A stretch of 64,000 nt of DNA from Parcubacteria group bacterium (GCA_943358385.1 CALRGX010000001.1:66380-130379); one strand, 5' to 3'; positions 19,129 through 28,859 are shown, counted from the first letter of the stretch. Made by a program: numbers and translations. Notes: a model not told the origin generated them from the sequence alone.

Positions 19129-19437
19129 GTGATTTCTCCTTTTCCGTGCAGGACTATACCATAATTTAGAATTATGTACACACCATTAAGGGCACCTGCA
19201 GATGGGCGCCTGTTTTCTATAGGCTGGTCCCTACACTCCTCTTTCCTGCCATATTTGACAGTGGGGGGTGCTTCGCGTAGTATGCGGGAGCCTCGTAGGG
19301 AGGCCCGTTTCTTAGTAAGAGTGAGTCTTCTCACTAACTGCGAGAAAAAGGGCCACAGAGAGGGATTTCCATAATCAAGACCGAGAGGTCCAGATGCAGG
19401 AATCCCACTACCTCTCCTTGCGGTGCACACCCACACC

Positions 19438-19623
19438 ATGGCAAAGAAATCAATGATTGCGAAAGCGAAGCGTACGCCGAAATTCAAGAGTCGGGTCGTT
19501 CGTCGTTGTTTCAAGTGTGGCCGTCCTCGTGGATACATGCGTGATTTCGATCTCTGCCGCATCTGTTTCCGCGAGCAAGCATTGGAAGGCAATATTCCCG
19601 GAGTAAAGAAATCTTCTTGGTAA
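19438..19623 (+). CDS. rpsN: 30S ribosomal protein S14, zinc-ribbon type (type Z)
   Basis: [46 protein letters not shown]; 61 aa, CxxC…CxxC. Confidence 0.9.
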   Translation: MAKKSMIAKAKRTPKFKSRVVRRCFKCGRPRGYMRDFDLCRICFREQALEGNIPGVKKSSW

Positions 19624-19629
19624 ATTTTT

Positions 19630-20025
19630 ATGGTACACGACCCTGTAGCAGACTTTGTAAATCAAATTAAAAACGCCGGCGCGGTAAAAAAGGCCGTAGT
19701 CTCTGTTCCATTCTCAAATCTTAAAGCAGCAATTGCCGAAGTGTTGAAAGTGAAGGGTTACGTAAAACAGTCAGAAAAGAAAGGAAAGAAGGTCAAGAAG
19801 ACCCTCGAAGTGACGCTCGCATACGAGAACGATGGCAGCCCAAAGATCAAAGGTGTGCGCCGTATCTCAAAGCCAGGGCGCCGCATGTACAAGAGCGTTG
19901 GTGAAATTACTCCCGTCAAATACGGTCACGGCACCCTCGTACTCTCAACGCCAAAAGGAATCCTTGCTGGGGAAGATGCACGAAAAGAAAAAGTCGGCGG
20001 TGAAGCATTGTTTGAAATTTGGTAA
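19630..20025 (+). CDS. rpsH: 30S ribosomal protein S8
   Basis: 131 aa; MVHDPVADFVNQIKNA. Confidence 0.92.
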   Translation: MVHDPVADFVNQIKNAGAVKKAVVSVPFSNLKAAIAEVLKVKGYVKQSEKKGKKVKKTLEVTLAYENDGSPKIKGVRRISKPGRRMYKSVGEITPVKYGHGTLVLSTPKGILAGEDARKEKVGGEALFEIW

Positions 20026-20030
20026 ATACT

Positions 20031-20567
20031 ATGAGCCGCCTAGGAAAAAAGAACATAACGATTCCCACTGGCACCACAGTCACTGTGGTTGACGGTGTGG
20101 TAAGCGTAAAAGGCAAGGGAGGTGAGCTTAAGCGCACCATCCGCCCGATTGTCGGTGTTGCCGTCGAAGGCAACGAAGTTTCTGTGACTCCTGTTGCCGA
20201 AACACGTCTCGCAAAAGCACTCTGGGGCACCTACAGTGCACACGTCCGCAATATGATCAAAGGAGTGAACGAGCCTTTTGTGAAGAAACTCATCCTTGAA
20301 GGTGTGGGATACAAAGTGGCGCTTTCTGGAAAGAAGATGGTTTTGAACCTGGGTTTCTCTCACCAAGTAGAGCTTGCTATTCCTGAAGGCCTCACCGTTT
20401 CCCTTGAAAAGAACGACATCACTGTTTCAGGTATCGATAAAGATTCAGTAGGGCAGTTCACTGCCGAGCTACGTTCTCTCAAGAAACCTGAGCCATACAA
20501 AGGCAAGGGTATGCGTTACTCAACTGAAGTACTCCGTCGCAAGCAAGGTAAGAAAGCAGCAGCATAA
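20031..20567 (+). CDS. rplF: 50S ribosomal protein L6
   Basis: MSRLGKKNITIP…; two L6 repeats. Confidence 0.9.
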   Translation: MSRLGKKNITIPTGTTVTVVDGVVSVKGKGGELKRTIRPIVGVAVEGNEVSVTPVAETRLAKALWGTYSAHVRNMIKGVNEPFVKKLILEGVGYKVALSGKKMVLNLGFSHQVELAIPEGLTVSLEKNDITVSGIDKDSVGQFTAELRSLKKPEPYKGKGMRYSTEVLRRKQGKKAAA

Positions 20568-20572
20568 ACTTT

Positions 20573-20926
20573 ATGGCAACAAAAACTTCAGCAAAAGAAA
20601 TGAAACGTCAGAGTCGCCACGCACGAGTTCGTGCGCGCGTCACTGGAACTGCAGAGCGCCCACGTTTGTCAGTGTACAAATCAAATACACGCGTTATCGC
20701 GCAGGTTATCGACGACATGAAGGGGGTTACGATCGCGGCGGTCTCATCCTCAGCCCTTAAGGCAAAAACTCCTCGCGAGCGTGCAGAACTTGCTGCAGCT
20801 GAGCTGGCAAAGCAGGCACTTTCCAAAGGAGTGAAGGCAGTAGTGTTTGATCGAGGTGGTTTCCAATACACCGGGACTATTAAGGCATTTGCCGACGCGG
20901 CACGTCAGGCAGGACTCATTTTCTAA
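20573..20926 (+). CDS. rplR: 50S ribosomal protein L18
   Basis: 117 aa; RLSVYKSNTRVIAQVIDD. Confidence 0.9.
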   Translation: MATKTSAKEMKRQSRHARVRARVTGTAERPRLSVYKSNTRVIAQVIDDMKGVTIAAVSSSALKAKTPRERAELAAAELAKQALSKGVKAVVFDRGGFQYTGTIKAFADAARQAGLIF

Positions 20927-20929
20927 TAT

Positions 20930-21511
20930 ATGGATGACACACAGAAAAAACCAGTGACCGCAGCACCTGCACCTGCAGCAATCGACCCTCGATCATCTCG
21001 TGGTCCTCGCCGCGGACGTGATGACCAAAACCGCCGTGGAGGTGGTGGTCGCGGCAACCGCGGTAACGACGAGCGCCGCTCTGAATTTGCACAAAAAATC
21101 ATCGGTATGCGCCGCGTTGCGCGTGTGATGGCAGGTGGTCGCCGCTTCAACTTCTCGGTCTCGATTGTTATCGGAGACAAGAAAGGCCGCGTGGGTGTAG
21201 GTATGGGTAAGGCCACCGATACCGCGCTCGCTATCGAAAAGGCAACTCGTGATGCAAAGAAACACATGATTACGCTTGAACTCACCAAGAACCACAGCAT
21301 TCCGCACGAGGTAGATGCTAAGTACTGCTCGTCAGTCGTAGCCATCCGCCCTTCAAAAGGCCGTGGTTTGGTTGCTGGATCTGCAGTACGCACCGTCCTT
21401 GAATTGGCAGGCGTGTCTGATGTGACTGCAAAGCTTCTGACTCGCAGCAAAAACCCTATCAACAATGCACGAGTGGCAATGAAAGCACTTGGGCAGATAG
21501 CTAAAAAATAA
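20930..21511 (+). CDS. rpsE: 30S ribosomal protein S5 with about 55-aa Arg/Gly-rich N-terminal extension
   Basis: RVARVMAGGRRFNFSVSIVIGDKKGRVGVGMGKA core; N-terminal RGPRRGRDDQNRRGGGGRGNRGNDERR. Confidence 0.9.
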   Translation: MDDTQKKPVTAAPAPAAIDPRSSRGPRRGRDDQNRRGGGGRGNRGNDERRSEFAQKIIGMRRVARVMAGGRRFNFSVSIVIGDKKGRVGVGMGKATDTALAIEKATRDAKKHMITLELTKNHSIPHEVDAKYCSSVVAIRPSKGRGLVAGSAVRTVLELAGVSDVTAKLLTRSKNPINNARVAMKALGQIAKK

Positions 21512-21513
21512 GT

Positions 21514-21969
21514 ATGGCTTCCCTCAGCACACTCACCTCAAACACTAAAAAGCCACTACGCCGCGTAGGGCGTGGTCAGAGCAGTAAGCGCGGCAAGACC
21601 GCCGGCCGCGGGACGAAAGGGCAGAACTCACGTGCTGGACGTAAGAAGCGACCAGAGCTCCGTGATTTCATTAAAAAGCTTCCAAAGCGTCGTGGGCACG
21701 GTAAGAACCGCGCTCGTGGCGTGAATTCAGAACGCATGATCCCTGTTGCGATTACGCTCACTATGCTCGACAAATACTTTGCAGCTGGCGCTGAGGTCAA
21801 TCTCGCTGCACTTGCAGCACACAGGCTCACACCTTCTCGCGAAGGTAAGAAGCAGCGTGTAAAGATTTTGGCAACGGGCACTCTTTCTAAGAAATTGACG
21901 ATAACGGAATGCGTTGTTTCTGCGGGAGCGAAGAAGGCGATTGAAGCTGCGGGTGGTACCTGTGCGTAA
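21514..21969 (+). CDS. rplO: 50S ribosomal protein L15 (follows S5 directly; no L30 gene)
   Basis: 151 aa; RVGRGQSSKRGKTAGRGTKGQNSRAG. Confidence 0.9.
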   Translation: MASLSTLTSNTKKPLRRVGRGQSSKRGKTAGRGTKGQNSRAGRKKRPELRDFIKKLPKRRGHGKNRARGVNSERMIPVAITLTMLDKYFAAGAEVNLAALAAHRLTPSREGKKQRVKILATGTLSKKLTITECVVSAGAKKAIEAAGGTCA

Positions 21970-22014
21970 GGGAGACGGGGTGGGGCTACAAACATACGAA
22001 CATAAACGACCGCT

Positions 22015-23289
22015 ATGATAGAAACATTTTTGCGAAAAATCCGTCTCGTTGCTCACGATGAGACTCTACGCACCCGTGTGTTGTTTGTTTTTGCTGCACT
22101 CATCCTTTTCCGCATACTCGCCACTATTCCTGTGCCTTCGATTGATACGACACAGCTTCAGGCATTTTTCTCAAACAGTCAGTTTCTCGGCCTCCTGAAC
22201 ATCTTTTCAGGTGGTGGCCTTTCTAATCTTTCAATTGTTGCACTCGGTGTGGGCCCGTACATCACCGCGTCGATTGTCATGCAGCTCATGACCGTGCTCT
22301 CTCCTAAACTAAAACAGATGTACCAGGAAGAAGGGGATGCAGGTCGCGTCCGCTTTATGACCTACTCGCGCTATCTCACGGTGCCGCTCGCGTTTATCCA
22401 GGCGTTTAGCATCTTGGTTCTTTTCCGTCAGCAGGGGGTGATTGGCTCGATGGATTTGATGCACACCATCACGAGTGTGTTTGTGCTTGCCGCTGGGTCA
22501 CTGCTTCTTATGTGGTTGGGTGAGTTGATTACTGAATTCGGTGTGGGAAACGGCGTTTCCTTGATTATCTTCAGCGGTATCGTTGCCTCCCTTCCTGCAT
22601 CAGTAGCCCAACTCCTCTATACATTCGATATCTCACAGTTGCCGATGTACTTGGGGTTCGTCGCGGCTGCGGTCCTGGTTATTGCTGCGGTGGTGTTCAT
22701 CACCGAAGCAGAACGGCCAATCCCGGTCACCTATTCGCGGCAGGTTCGCGGTGGCAAGGTGCTTGGCGGTGTTTCTACCTACCTCCCATTGCGGGTGAAT
22801 CAGGCGGGCGTTATTCCGATTATCTTCGCGCTCTCACTCCTCTTGTTCCCGCAAATGATTGCGAATTTCCTTGCTGCTTCAAGTATTTCTTGGCTTGCTG
22901 CTGGTGGGCAAGCGGTAGTGAGTGCGCTCAACAATCAGTGGGTGTACGGCATACTCTACTTCCTCTTGGTGTTCATGTTTACATACTTTTACACCGCTAT
23001 CACGTTCGAGCCCAACCAAATCGCAAAGAACTTGCAGAAGGGAGGTGCGTTTATTCCGGGAGTGCGCCCAGGACAAAATACAGCTGATTACCTCGGTAAC
23101 ATCATTACGCGCATTACACTCGCCGGCGCACTATTCCTAGGACTTATCGCGGTACTTCCTATTATTATGGAAGGTATTACGGGCATTGCGTCCCTCACCA
23201 TCGGTGGCACGGCGCTCTTGATTGCCGTATCAGTTATTCTTGATCTGGTAAAGAAAGTGGACGCTCAGACATCGATTCGAGAATACTAA
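22015..23289 (+). CDS. secY: preprotein translocase subunit SecY
   Basis: 424 aa; 10 TM segments; LGVGPYITASIVMQL, position after rplO. Confidence 0.93.
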   Translation: MIETFLRKIRLVAHDETLRTRVLFVFAALILFRILATIPVPSIDTTQLQAFFSNSQFLGLLNIFSGGGLSNLSIVALGVGPYITASIVMQLMTVLSPKLKQMYQEEGDAGRVRFMTYSRYLTVPLAFIQAFSILVLFRQQGVIGSMDLMHTITSVFVLAAGSLLLMWLGELITEFGVGNGVSLIIFSGIVASLPASVAQLLYTFDISQLPMYLGFVAAAVLVIAAVVFITEAERPIPVTYSRQVRGGKVLGGVSTYLPLRVNQAGVIPIIFALSLLLFPQMIANFLAASSISWLAAGGQAVVSALNNQWVYGILYFLLVFMFTYFYTAITFEPNQIAKNLQKGGAFIPGVRPGQNTADYLGNIITRITLAGALFLGLIAVLPIIMEGITGIASLTIGGTALLIAVSVILDLVKKVDAQTSIREY

Positions 23290-23347
23290 TTGGTAGGTAC
23301 AAGGGCGAAGGGACAGGGGATAGGGAATACAAAAAACAGTAGAAAAA

Positions 23348-23380
23348 CAGCCGGCGCAGGATGCGCCGGCTGTTTTGCGT
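23348..23380 (+). terminator. palindrome ACAGCCGGCGCAGGATGCGCCGGCTGTTTTG (terminator after secY)
   Basis: perfect 11-bp stem + T-run; near-identical copy at 25517. Confidence 0.65.
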
Positions 23381-23662
23381 ACCAGTGGCCGTATTTGACT
23401 TTATCTAGAGGATATATATATAATACAAACTCTATGAATAACAACCGCATACAACCGTGGAACAGCGCCCTAACAGCGCGTGTTTCGCGTGCATATGGCA
23501 GCGCACTGATTTTCAGTGGCGTGTCGGGTATACGGTTTTTGGGCGGTATGTATCTCCATCGGTTTCTTCGCATTCACCCCGTGAGTGCATAAGCTAACGG
23601 ATTGAGACACACCCTGCCCAAGGCAGGGTGTGTTCTTTAAGTAAACAGAGAAAGGGAGTCGC

Positions 23663-25507
23663 ATGGCGACCACGAAAGACGAATGGGACAGAGATCCAGA
23701 TATTGAAGAGCAGGGAATCGGCTACTTCTTCCGTGGAGTGGGTACTCTGTGGGCGTTGGCGGCTCCAGAAAAGCCGTATCTGATGAAGGCTTTTTGGGCA
23801 CTGCTGCTTGCAGAAGGGTTTGGCATACTTGCCCCCCTCTTCTTCAAGGCACTCGTTGATGAGCTACCACAGCTCTACGTGACTGGTATGAGCACGCTTG
23901 CTCTCAGTCTTATAGCCGCGATGGCGGGGGCAAAACTTCTCGGTATCGGTGTACGGCGATTCGTCCAAGAACCACTCTTCATCAAAGGCATCATACGCCT
24001 TGAGAATCGCTTGCCACAGGAGGTCCACAAAAAATTCATGGCTCTTTCACAGGGGTACCATGAAAAGGAAAACACTGGGCGAAAGGTAGCTAAGGTCAAC
24101 AAAGGTGTCGAGCGCATCATCGGCCTTATGGCTGATGGTTTTTGGATGCTCATACCGGCCTGTGTCTTCATCGTGGTGAATCTTGCCCTCATTACCTGGA
24201 TGGAATGGAAGCTCGGGCTCATCATGGTCGTTTCCATCGTGCTCTACGTCTGGATCAATATCCGCACTTACGTACAGTTCTACGCAGTGTGGGAGCGATA
24301 TGAAGATCTGAAAGAAAAGTCGGTGGGGCAGTTCTGTGAGTCCATTATGTGTGTCCGCACCGTCCAGGCCTTTGTGCAGGAAACACGAGAGGTAAAGCGG
24401 CATGGTGAAGTGCGCACAGAAATGTGTGATCTCGACATTGATGCATCAATTGGCCTACAAAAGCACTTCTTTCTTATGGAGAGTGTGCTTGCGCTGGGAT
24501 TTTGTGCAGCGCTCGTTCTCGGGATGTTCAGTGTTGCCTGGGGCCACTCCACCGTCGGTACGGTTGCCTACTTGTTTGCTGTAGGGAGCATGATGATCCA
24601 GAGCCTGTGGGGTGTCGTGCAGGTCTACACACGCATGTTGCGCTACTTAGTGGCGGCACAGCGCATCAAAAAAGTGCTCGATGAACCGAGCGATGTGCAG
24701 TCATGGCAACCAGCCCATACGCTCGTGCCCGAGAAAGAGTTGCTTGTGCTCGCACTCAATAAGGTGAGCCATTGTTACCCAGGCAAGAATGCGCCAGTGC
24801 TTTCGTGCATTGACATGCAGATTAAGCCGGGGAGCATGATTGCCTTGGTCGGCCGATCGGGAGCAGGAAAAAGCACAGTGGTGCACCTCGCCGCGCGCAT
24901 TTCTGACCCAACGAGTGGCAGTATCACCCTGAACGGAGTCGATGTACGATCACTTGATAGAGATTGGTATCGACGCTTATTTGCGGTGGTGCCTCAGGAC
25001 GTAGAGGTGTTCGAATGCAGTCTGCTGCAGAACATCACCTATGCCTATCCGGATGCTCCGAATGAGTGGATCGATAAGGCGGTAAAGGCCGCATGTCTCG
25101 ATGCGTTAGCAGAGGACACGAAGCGTTTTCCTGATGGTCTGCAAACGGCTGTAGGTGAACGTGGGGTCCGTCTTTCTGGCGGAGAACGACAGCGGGTAGG
25201 TATTGCAAGGGCCTACATCGCCCTCCTTTCCGGCGCACGATTCCTCATTCTCGACGAGGCAACCTCCAGTCTTGATTCAGAGTCTGAGCGCGTCGTACAA
25301 ACATTCATTCAAGCGCTACGCCGTGATCATGCGGTCACCATTATCGCCATTGCCCACCGCCTCTCGACGATTCGGCATGCGGACGAGATAGTGGTGATCG
25401 ACGATGGCTCCGTTACTGAAACGGGAACTCACGACGCGCTTCTGAAGAAAAATGGGCTGTATGCTCGGCTGACTGAGCTGCAGCAGCTAGGTGAAATTCG
25501 AGATTGA
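23663..25507 (+). CDS. ABC exporter, fused transmembrane + ATP-binding domains (MsbA-like)
   Basis: 614 aa; six TM N-terminal half; Walker A GRSGAGKST, signature LSGGERQRVGIARA, Walker B ILDEATSSLD. Confidence 0.9.
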   Translation: MATTKDEWDRDPDIEEQGIGYFFRGVGTLWALAAPEKPYLMKAFWALLLAEGFGILAPLFFKALVDELPQLYVTGMSTLALSLIAAMAGAKLLGIGVRRFVQEPLFIKGIIRLENRLPQEVHKKFMALSQGYHEKENTGRKVAKVNKGVERIIGLMADGFWMLIPACVFIVVNLALITWMEWKLGLIMVVSIVLYVWINIRTYVQFYAVWERYEDLKEKSVGQFCESIMCVRTVQAFVQETREVKRHGEVRTEMCDLDIDASIGLQKHFFLMESVLALGFCAALVLGMFSVAWGHSTVGTVAYLFAVGSMMIQSLWGVVQVYTRMLRYLVAAQRIKKVLDEPSDVQSWQPAHTLVPEKELLVLALNKVSHCYPGKNAPVLSCIDMQIKPGSMIALVGRSGAGKSTVVHLAARISDPTSGSITLNGVDVRSLDRDWYRRLFAVVPQDVEVFECSLLQNITYAYPDAPNEWIDKAVKAACLDALAEDTKRFPDGLQTAVGERGVRLSGGERQRVGIARAYIALLSGARFLILDEATSSLDSESERVVQTFIQALRRDHAVTIIAIAHRLSTIRHADEIVVIDDGSVTETGTHDALLKKNGLYARLTELQQLGEIRD

Positions 25508-25516
25508 TACGAAAGC

Positions 25517-25549
25517 AACAGCCGGCGCAGAATGCGCCGGCTGTTTTCA
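25517..25549 (+). terminator. palindrome ACAGCCGGCGCAGAATGCGCCGGCTGTTTTC (second copy of the post-secY terminator)
   Basis: identical stem to 23348 element, one loop substitution. Confidence 0.6.
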
Positions 25550-25566
25550 TATGCCACAATGGCACT

Positions 25567-26175
25567 ATGTTTTCAGCAATATTTTTCGACTTCGACGGTG
25601 TTCTTGTTGACAGCTTTGCGTTTCATCTTAAGCACCTCAATGAAGATGCACGACTGCCCGTTAGTGCGGAGCGTCTGAGAGATCTCCACGCCGTTAATTT
25701 TCACGAAGCAACGCAACATGACGCTACTTTCGATGGAGTCGACTGGGTGAAATATCATCAGCTTATTGCGCCTGCAGAGGCGAAGCAGCCTATGCATCCA
25801 TTGGCCCAGGCGACGATACGTGAATTGTACGAACGAAAGGAGCGCCTCTACATCGTTTCCTCTGGCGTCACGGCAGGTATAAAGCATTTTTTGGCTGAAC
25901 ACTCACTAAGTGAGTGTTTCTTGGATGTTTTTGGGTATGAACAGGGACTGTCTAAAACAGAAAAACTCTTGAATGTCGCGAACCGAAGTGGAATCAACTT
26001 GCAAGAGTCATTGTTTGTCACGGATACAGCTGGCGATGTGTGTGAGGGAAAAGCTGCAGGTGTCCCTGTCTTGGCAGTTACTTTTGGGTTTCATGATAGG
26101 GAAATGATTAAGGCAGCATCCCCAGAGTACTTGTGCGACAGATGGGAGGAGGCACGTCACATTCTCGATTTGTGA
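25567..26175 (+). CDS. HAD-superfamily hydrolase
   Basis: start MFSAIFFDFDGVLVDS (DxDGVL motif I); ORF 25504..26175. Confidence 0.7.
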   Translation: MFSAIFFDFDGVLVDSFAFHLKHLNEDARLPVSAERLRDLHAVNFHEATQHDATFDGVDWVKYHQLIAPAEAKQPMHPLAQATIRELYERKERLYIVSSGVTAGIKHFLAEHSLSECFLDVFGYEQGLSKTEKLLNVANRSGINLQESLFVTDTAGDVCEGKAAGVPVLAVTFGFHDREMIKAASPEYLCDRWEEARHILDL

Positions 26176-26200
26176 TGTCGCCTTGTGCTACCATGCGAGC

Positions 26201-26782
26201 ATGATGGAAAAAAAGGTGGTGGTAATTGCTGGGCCGACGGCCTCAGGCGAGAGTACCTTTACCAAGGAATTTGTGCTGGCGTACCCAAATTTCGAACGAT
26301 CAGTATCGGCAACGACACGCCGCCCGCGCATGAATGAAGAAGAGGGTATCGACTACTACTTCATGAACAAAGAGCAGTTTTTTGAGAACGTACAGAACGG
26401 TAACATCCCCGAGCACACCTACGTGAAAGAGCGAGATGCGCACTATGGAACCTACCTTCCTGATCTGCAGAAGAAGCTCGATTCAGGAAAAACCGTTATT
26501 GTGAACACTGATCTCCATGGCGCGCGTTTTTACAAAGACGAATATGGAGCATCAACTATTTTCATCAAGCCAAAGTCGATGCAGACTTTATACGACCGTC
26601 TGATTCGTCGCGACCCTACCATCACGCGCGAAGAGGTGATTACTCGCCTCATCAGTGCTTCCCAGGAAATCCTCGAGGCCGAGCATAAATACGATTTTAC
26701 GGTATTCAATGATGATGGTGAATTTGCTGAGACGATGATGAAAATCAACGATATCCTTGCAAAACAAGGGTACGACGTGTAA
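26201..26782 (+). CDS. gmk: guanylate kinase
   Basis: MMEKKVVVIAGPTASGESTF…SATTRRPRMNEEEGIDYYFM (GMP-kinase signature TTRxxRxxExxGxDYxF). Confidence 0.75.
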   Translation: MMEKKVVVIAGPTASGESTFTKEFVLAYPNFERSVSATTRRPRMNEEEGIDYYFMNKEQFFENVQNGNIPEHTYVKERDAHYGTYLPDLQKKLDSGKTVIVNTDLHGARFYKDEYGASTIFIKPKSMQTLYDRLIRRDPTITREEVITRLISASQEILEAEHKYDFTVFNDDGEFAETMMKINDILAKQGYDV

Positions 26783-26791
26783 ATATACGGT

Positions 26792-27388
26792 ATGAAAATC
26801 ACTCTGGGCGGGCCACCGGGCGCTGGAAAAGGTACGGTCGGGCGGCTCGTGGCCGCACATTACGGATATGAATTTATTTCAGGGGGCGATCTATTCAGAA
26901 AGGCGGCAGCTGCTCGTGGGATGACCATGGAAGCATTCGACACCTACATGAAAGAGCACCCCGAGGCACGTATCGACCATGAGATTGACGGCTTGCAAGT
27001 CGATATTGGAAAACATCAGGACAACTTTGTACTCGAATCGCGCCTAGCATGGCATTTTGCCCCCCAGTCCATCAAAATAAAGATAGATGGCGAACTCGAT
27101 GAGCGCATTCGGCGGATTTCAAAAGTGTCGAGTGTGGACCGTATTGCCTATACGCAGGATGATTTTGACGAGACGAAACGCAAGACGTTGAAACGATTTT
27201 CGGACCACCAGGCAAAGATTTTGGAACTGTACGGGATTGCCGATTTGGTGGCAGATGAGCACTTCGACATCGTGATTGATTCTACCGGCATCTCGGCGGA
27301 AGGGGTGGCAAAAAAAACCATTGAGGCGATTGAAACGTACGTGGCGGAGCATCCAGAAAAGCGTGGAGCGGATGCTCGCCAGAAATAG
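26792..27388 (+). CDS. P-loop NMP kinase, cytidylate-kinase-like (archaeal-type CMP kinase family)
   Basis: MKITLGGPPGAGKGTVGRLVAAHYGYEFISGGDLFR; 198 aa. Confidence 0.55.
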   Translation: MKITLGGPPGAGKGTVGRLVAAHYGYEFISGGDLFRKAAAARGMTMEAFDTYMKEHPEARIDHEIDGLQVDIGKHQDNFVLESRLAWHFAPQSIKIKIDGELDERIRRISKVSSVDRIAYTQDDFDETKRKTLKRFSDHQAKILELYGIADLVADEHFDIVIDSTGISAEGVAKKTIEAIETYVAEHPEKRGADARQK

Positions 27389-27408
27389 AAAAGCGAGGTA
27401 TATTCACC

Positions 27409-28026
27409 TTGATGTCTGACGATCTCCAGCAACTGACGAAACGGCCACTCACGGTGGTCTTCTTCGGTATTCAGGGTTCAGGCAAAGGGACACAGTCGCG
27501 GTTGTTGCAGGGCTATCTGGAGCGCAATGCTGATGTACCTAACCTGTACCTCGAAATGGGCGAGCGGCTTCGTGGGTTTGCGACCGGTGCAGGATTTGCC
27601 AGCAAAAAAGTAGGTGAGACCCTCAACACCGGGTCACTCCTGCCTGCGTTCATTCCTTCCCACATCATAACGAGCTTCTTTCTCCAAGAATTCACCGGGC
27701 GAGAGCATGTCATTGTTGATGGTGTTGCTCGTCGCATCGAGCAGGCGGTGGTTCTCGATGAGGCGCTCGCATTTTTTGGCCGCGAAGACTACCAAACAAT
27801 CGTATTGGATCTACCGCGCGACGTTGCCGTTGAGCGCATGAAAGGGCGAGGGCGAAATGACGATGATGATCACAAAATTGAGCGGCGTCTGGCGTGGTAT
27901 GAAAGTGAAACCCTCCCTGCTATTCAGGAGATTGAACGCCGTGGCAGAGTCGTGCACCACATCAGTGGCTGTCCCTCAGTGGAAGAAGTGCATCAAGAAA
28001 TTCTGAAGGCTCTTTCTCTCGCGTAA
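27409..28026 (+). CDS. adk: adenylate kinase
   Basis: VVFFGIQGSGKGTQ…; canonical position between secY region and map. Confidence 0.75.
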   Translation: MMSDDLQQLTKRPLTVVFFGIQGSGKGTQSRLLQGYLERNADVPNLYLEMGERLRGFATGAGFASKKVGETLNTGSLLPAFIPSHIITSFFLQEFTGREHVIVDGVARRIEQAVVLDEALAFFGREDYQTIVLDLPRDVAVERMKGRGRNDDDDHKIERRLAWYESETLPAIQEIERRGRVVHHISGCPSVEEVHQEILKALSLA

Positions 28027-28031
28027 TTTGT

Positions 28032-28802
28032 ATGATTGTGAGTAATGCAGACGATGTGCGTATTTTGAAAGAAGGCGGTAAGCGCTTGGGGACGATGCTA
28101 CAGGCACTGAGAGTGCTCGCCGCGCCTGGCGTGTCCACCCAAACACTCGAAGACGAAGCGCGACGGATGATAAAAGAATATGGCGATACCGCCGCGTTTC
28201 TCGACTACACTCCCGAAGGGGCACGTCGTGCGTATCCTGCGGCACTGTGTGTTTCGGTAAACGACGCTATTGTGCACGGTATTCCGAACGAAGACCCACT
28301 TACGCTTCAAGAAGGCGACGTGGTGACGCTTGATATGGGTATTGTTCATGAAGGTCTTATTACTGACGCTGCAGTGTCCGTGATTATTGGAGGAGGAAAC
28401 GCGGATACTCGCACCATGTTGCAGGCGGCATATGAAGCATTAGATGTAGGCATTCAAGCGGCGCGGGTGGGGAATCACATGGGCGACATCGGACACGCCA
28501 TAGAAAAAGTAGGGTTGCGCTACAAACTGGGATCGCCGCAAGAGTTGGGAGGCCACAGTGTCGGCCTGCACGTCCATGAAGAGCCGTTTGTTCCGAATTT
28601 TGGCGACCCGGGCGCAGGGCCACTCCTCAAAGAGGGGATGGTGCTCGCTATTGAGCCCATGTTTATGCTCGGAAAAAGTGCCATCAAACTTGATCGCGAC
28701 GGGTACACCTATCGTACGAAAGATGGAAGTAAATCAGTGCACGTGGAGCACACAGTTCTCATCACCAAAGATGGGCCAGAAATTCTAACGAAAGCTGCGT
28801 AG
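28032..28802 (+). CDS. map: type I methionine aminopeptidase
   Basis: 256 aa; metal ligands D…D…H…E…E pattern (VHGIP, DMG, HSVGLHVHE). Confidence 0.9.
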   Translation: MIVSNADDVRILKEGGKRLGTMLQALRVLAAPGVSTQTLEDEARRMIKEYGDTAAFLDYTPEGARRAYPAALCVSVNDAIVHGIPNEDPLTLQEGDVVTLDMGIVHEGLITDAAVSVIIGGGNADTRTMLQAAYEALDVGIQAARVGNHMGDIGHAIEKVGLRYKLGSPQELGGHSVGLHVHEEPFVPNFGDPGAGPLLKEGMVLAIEPMFMLGKSAIKLDRDGYTYRTKDGSKSVHVEHTVLITKDGPEILTKAA

Positions 28803-28816
28803 AGGATGACCGGCAC

Positions 28817-28859
28817 GCCCGCACACCTTGAAACCCTGCAGGGTTTCAAGGTGTGCGGG
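28817..28859. repeat. palindrome GCCCGCACACCTTGAAACCCTGCAGGGTTTCAAGGTGTGCGGG (CACACCTT family)
   Basis: perfect 19-bp arms; lies between map and downstream ATPase. Confidence 0.7.
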
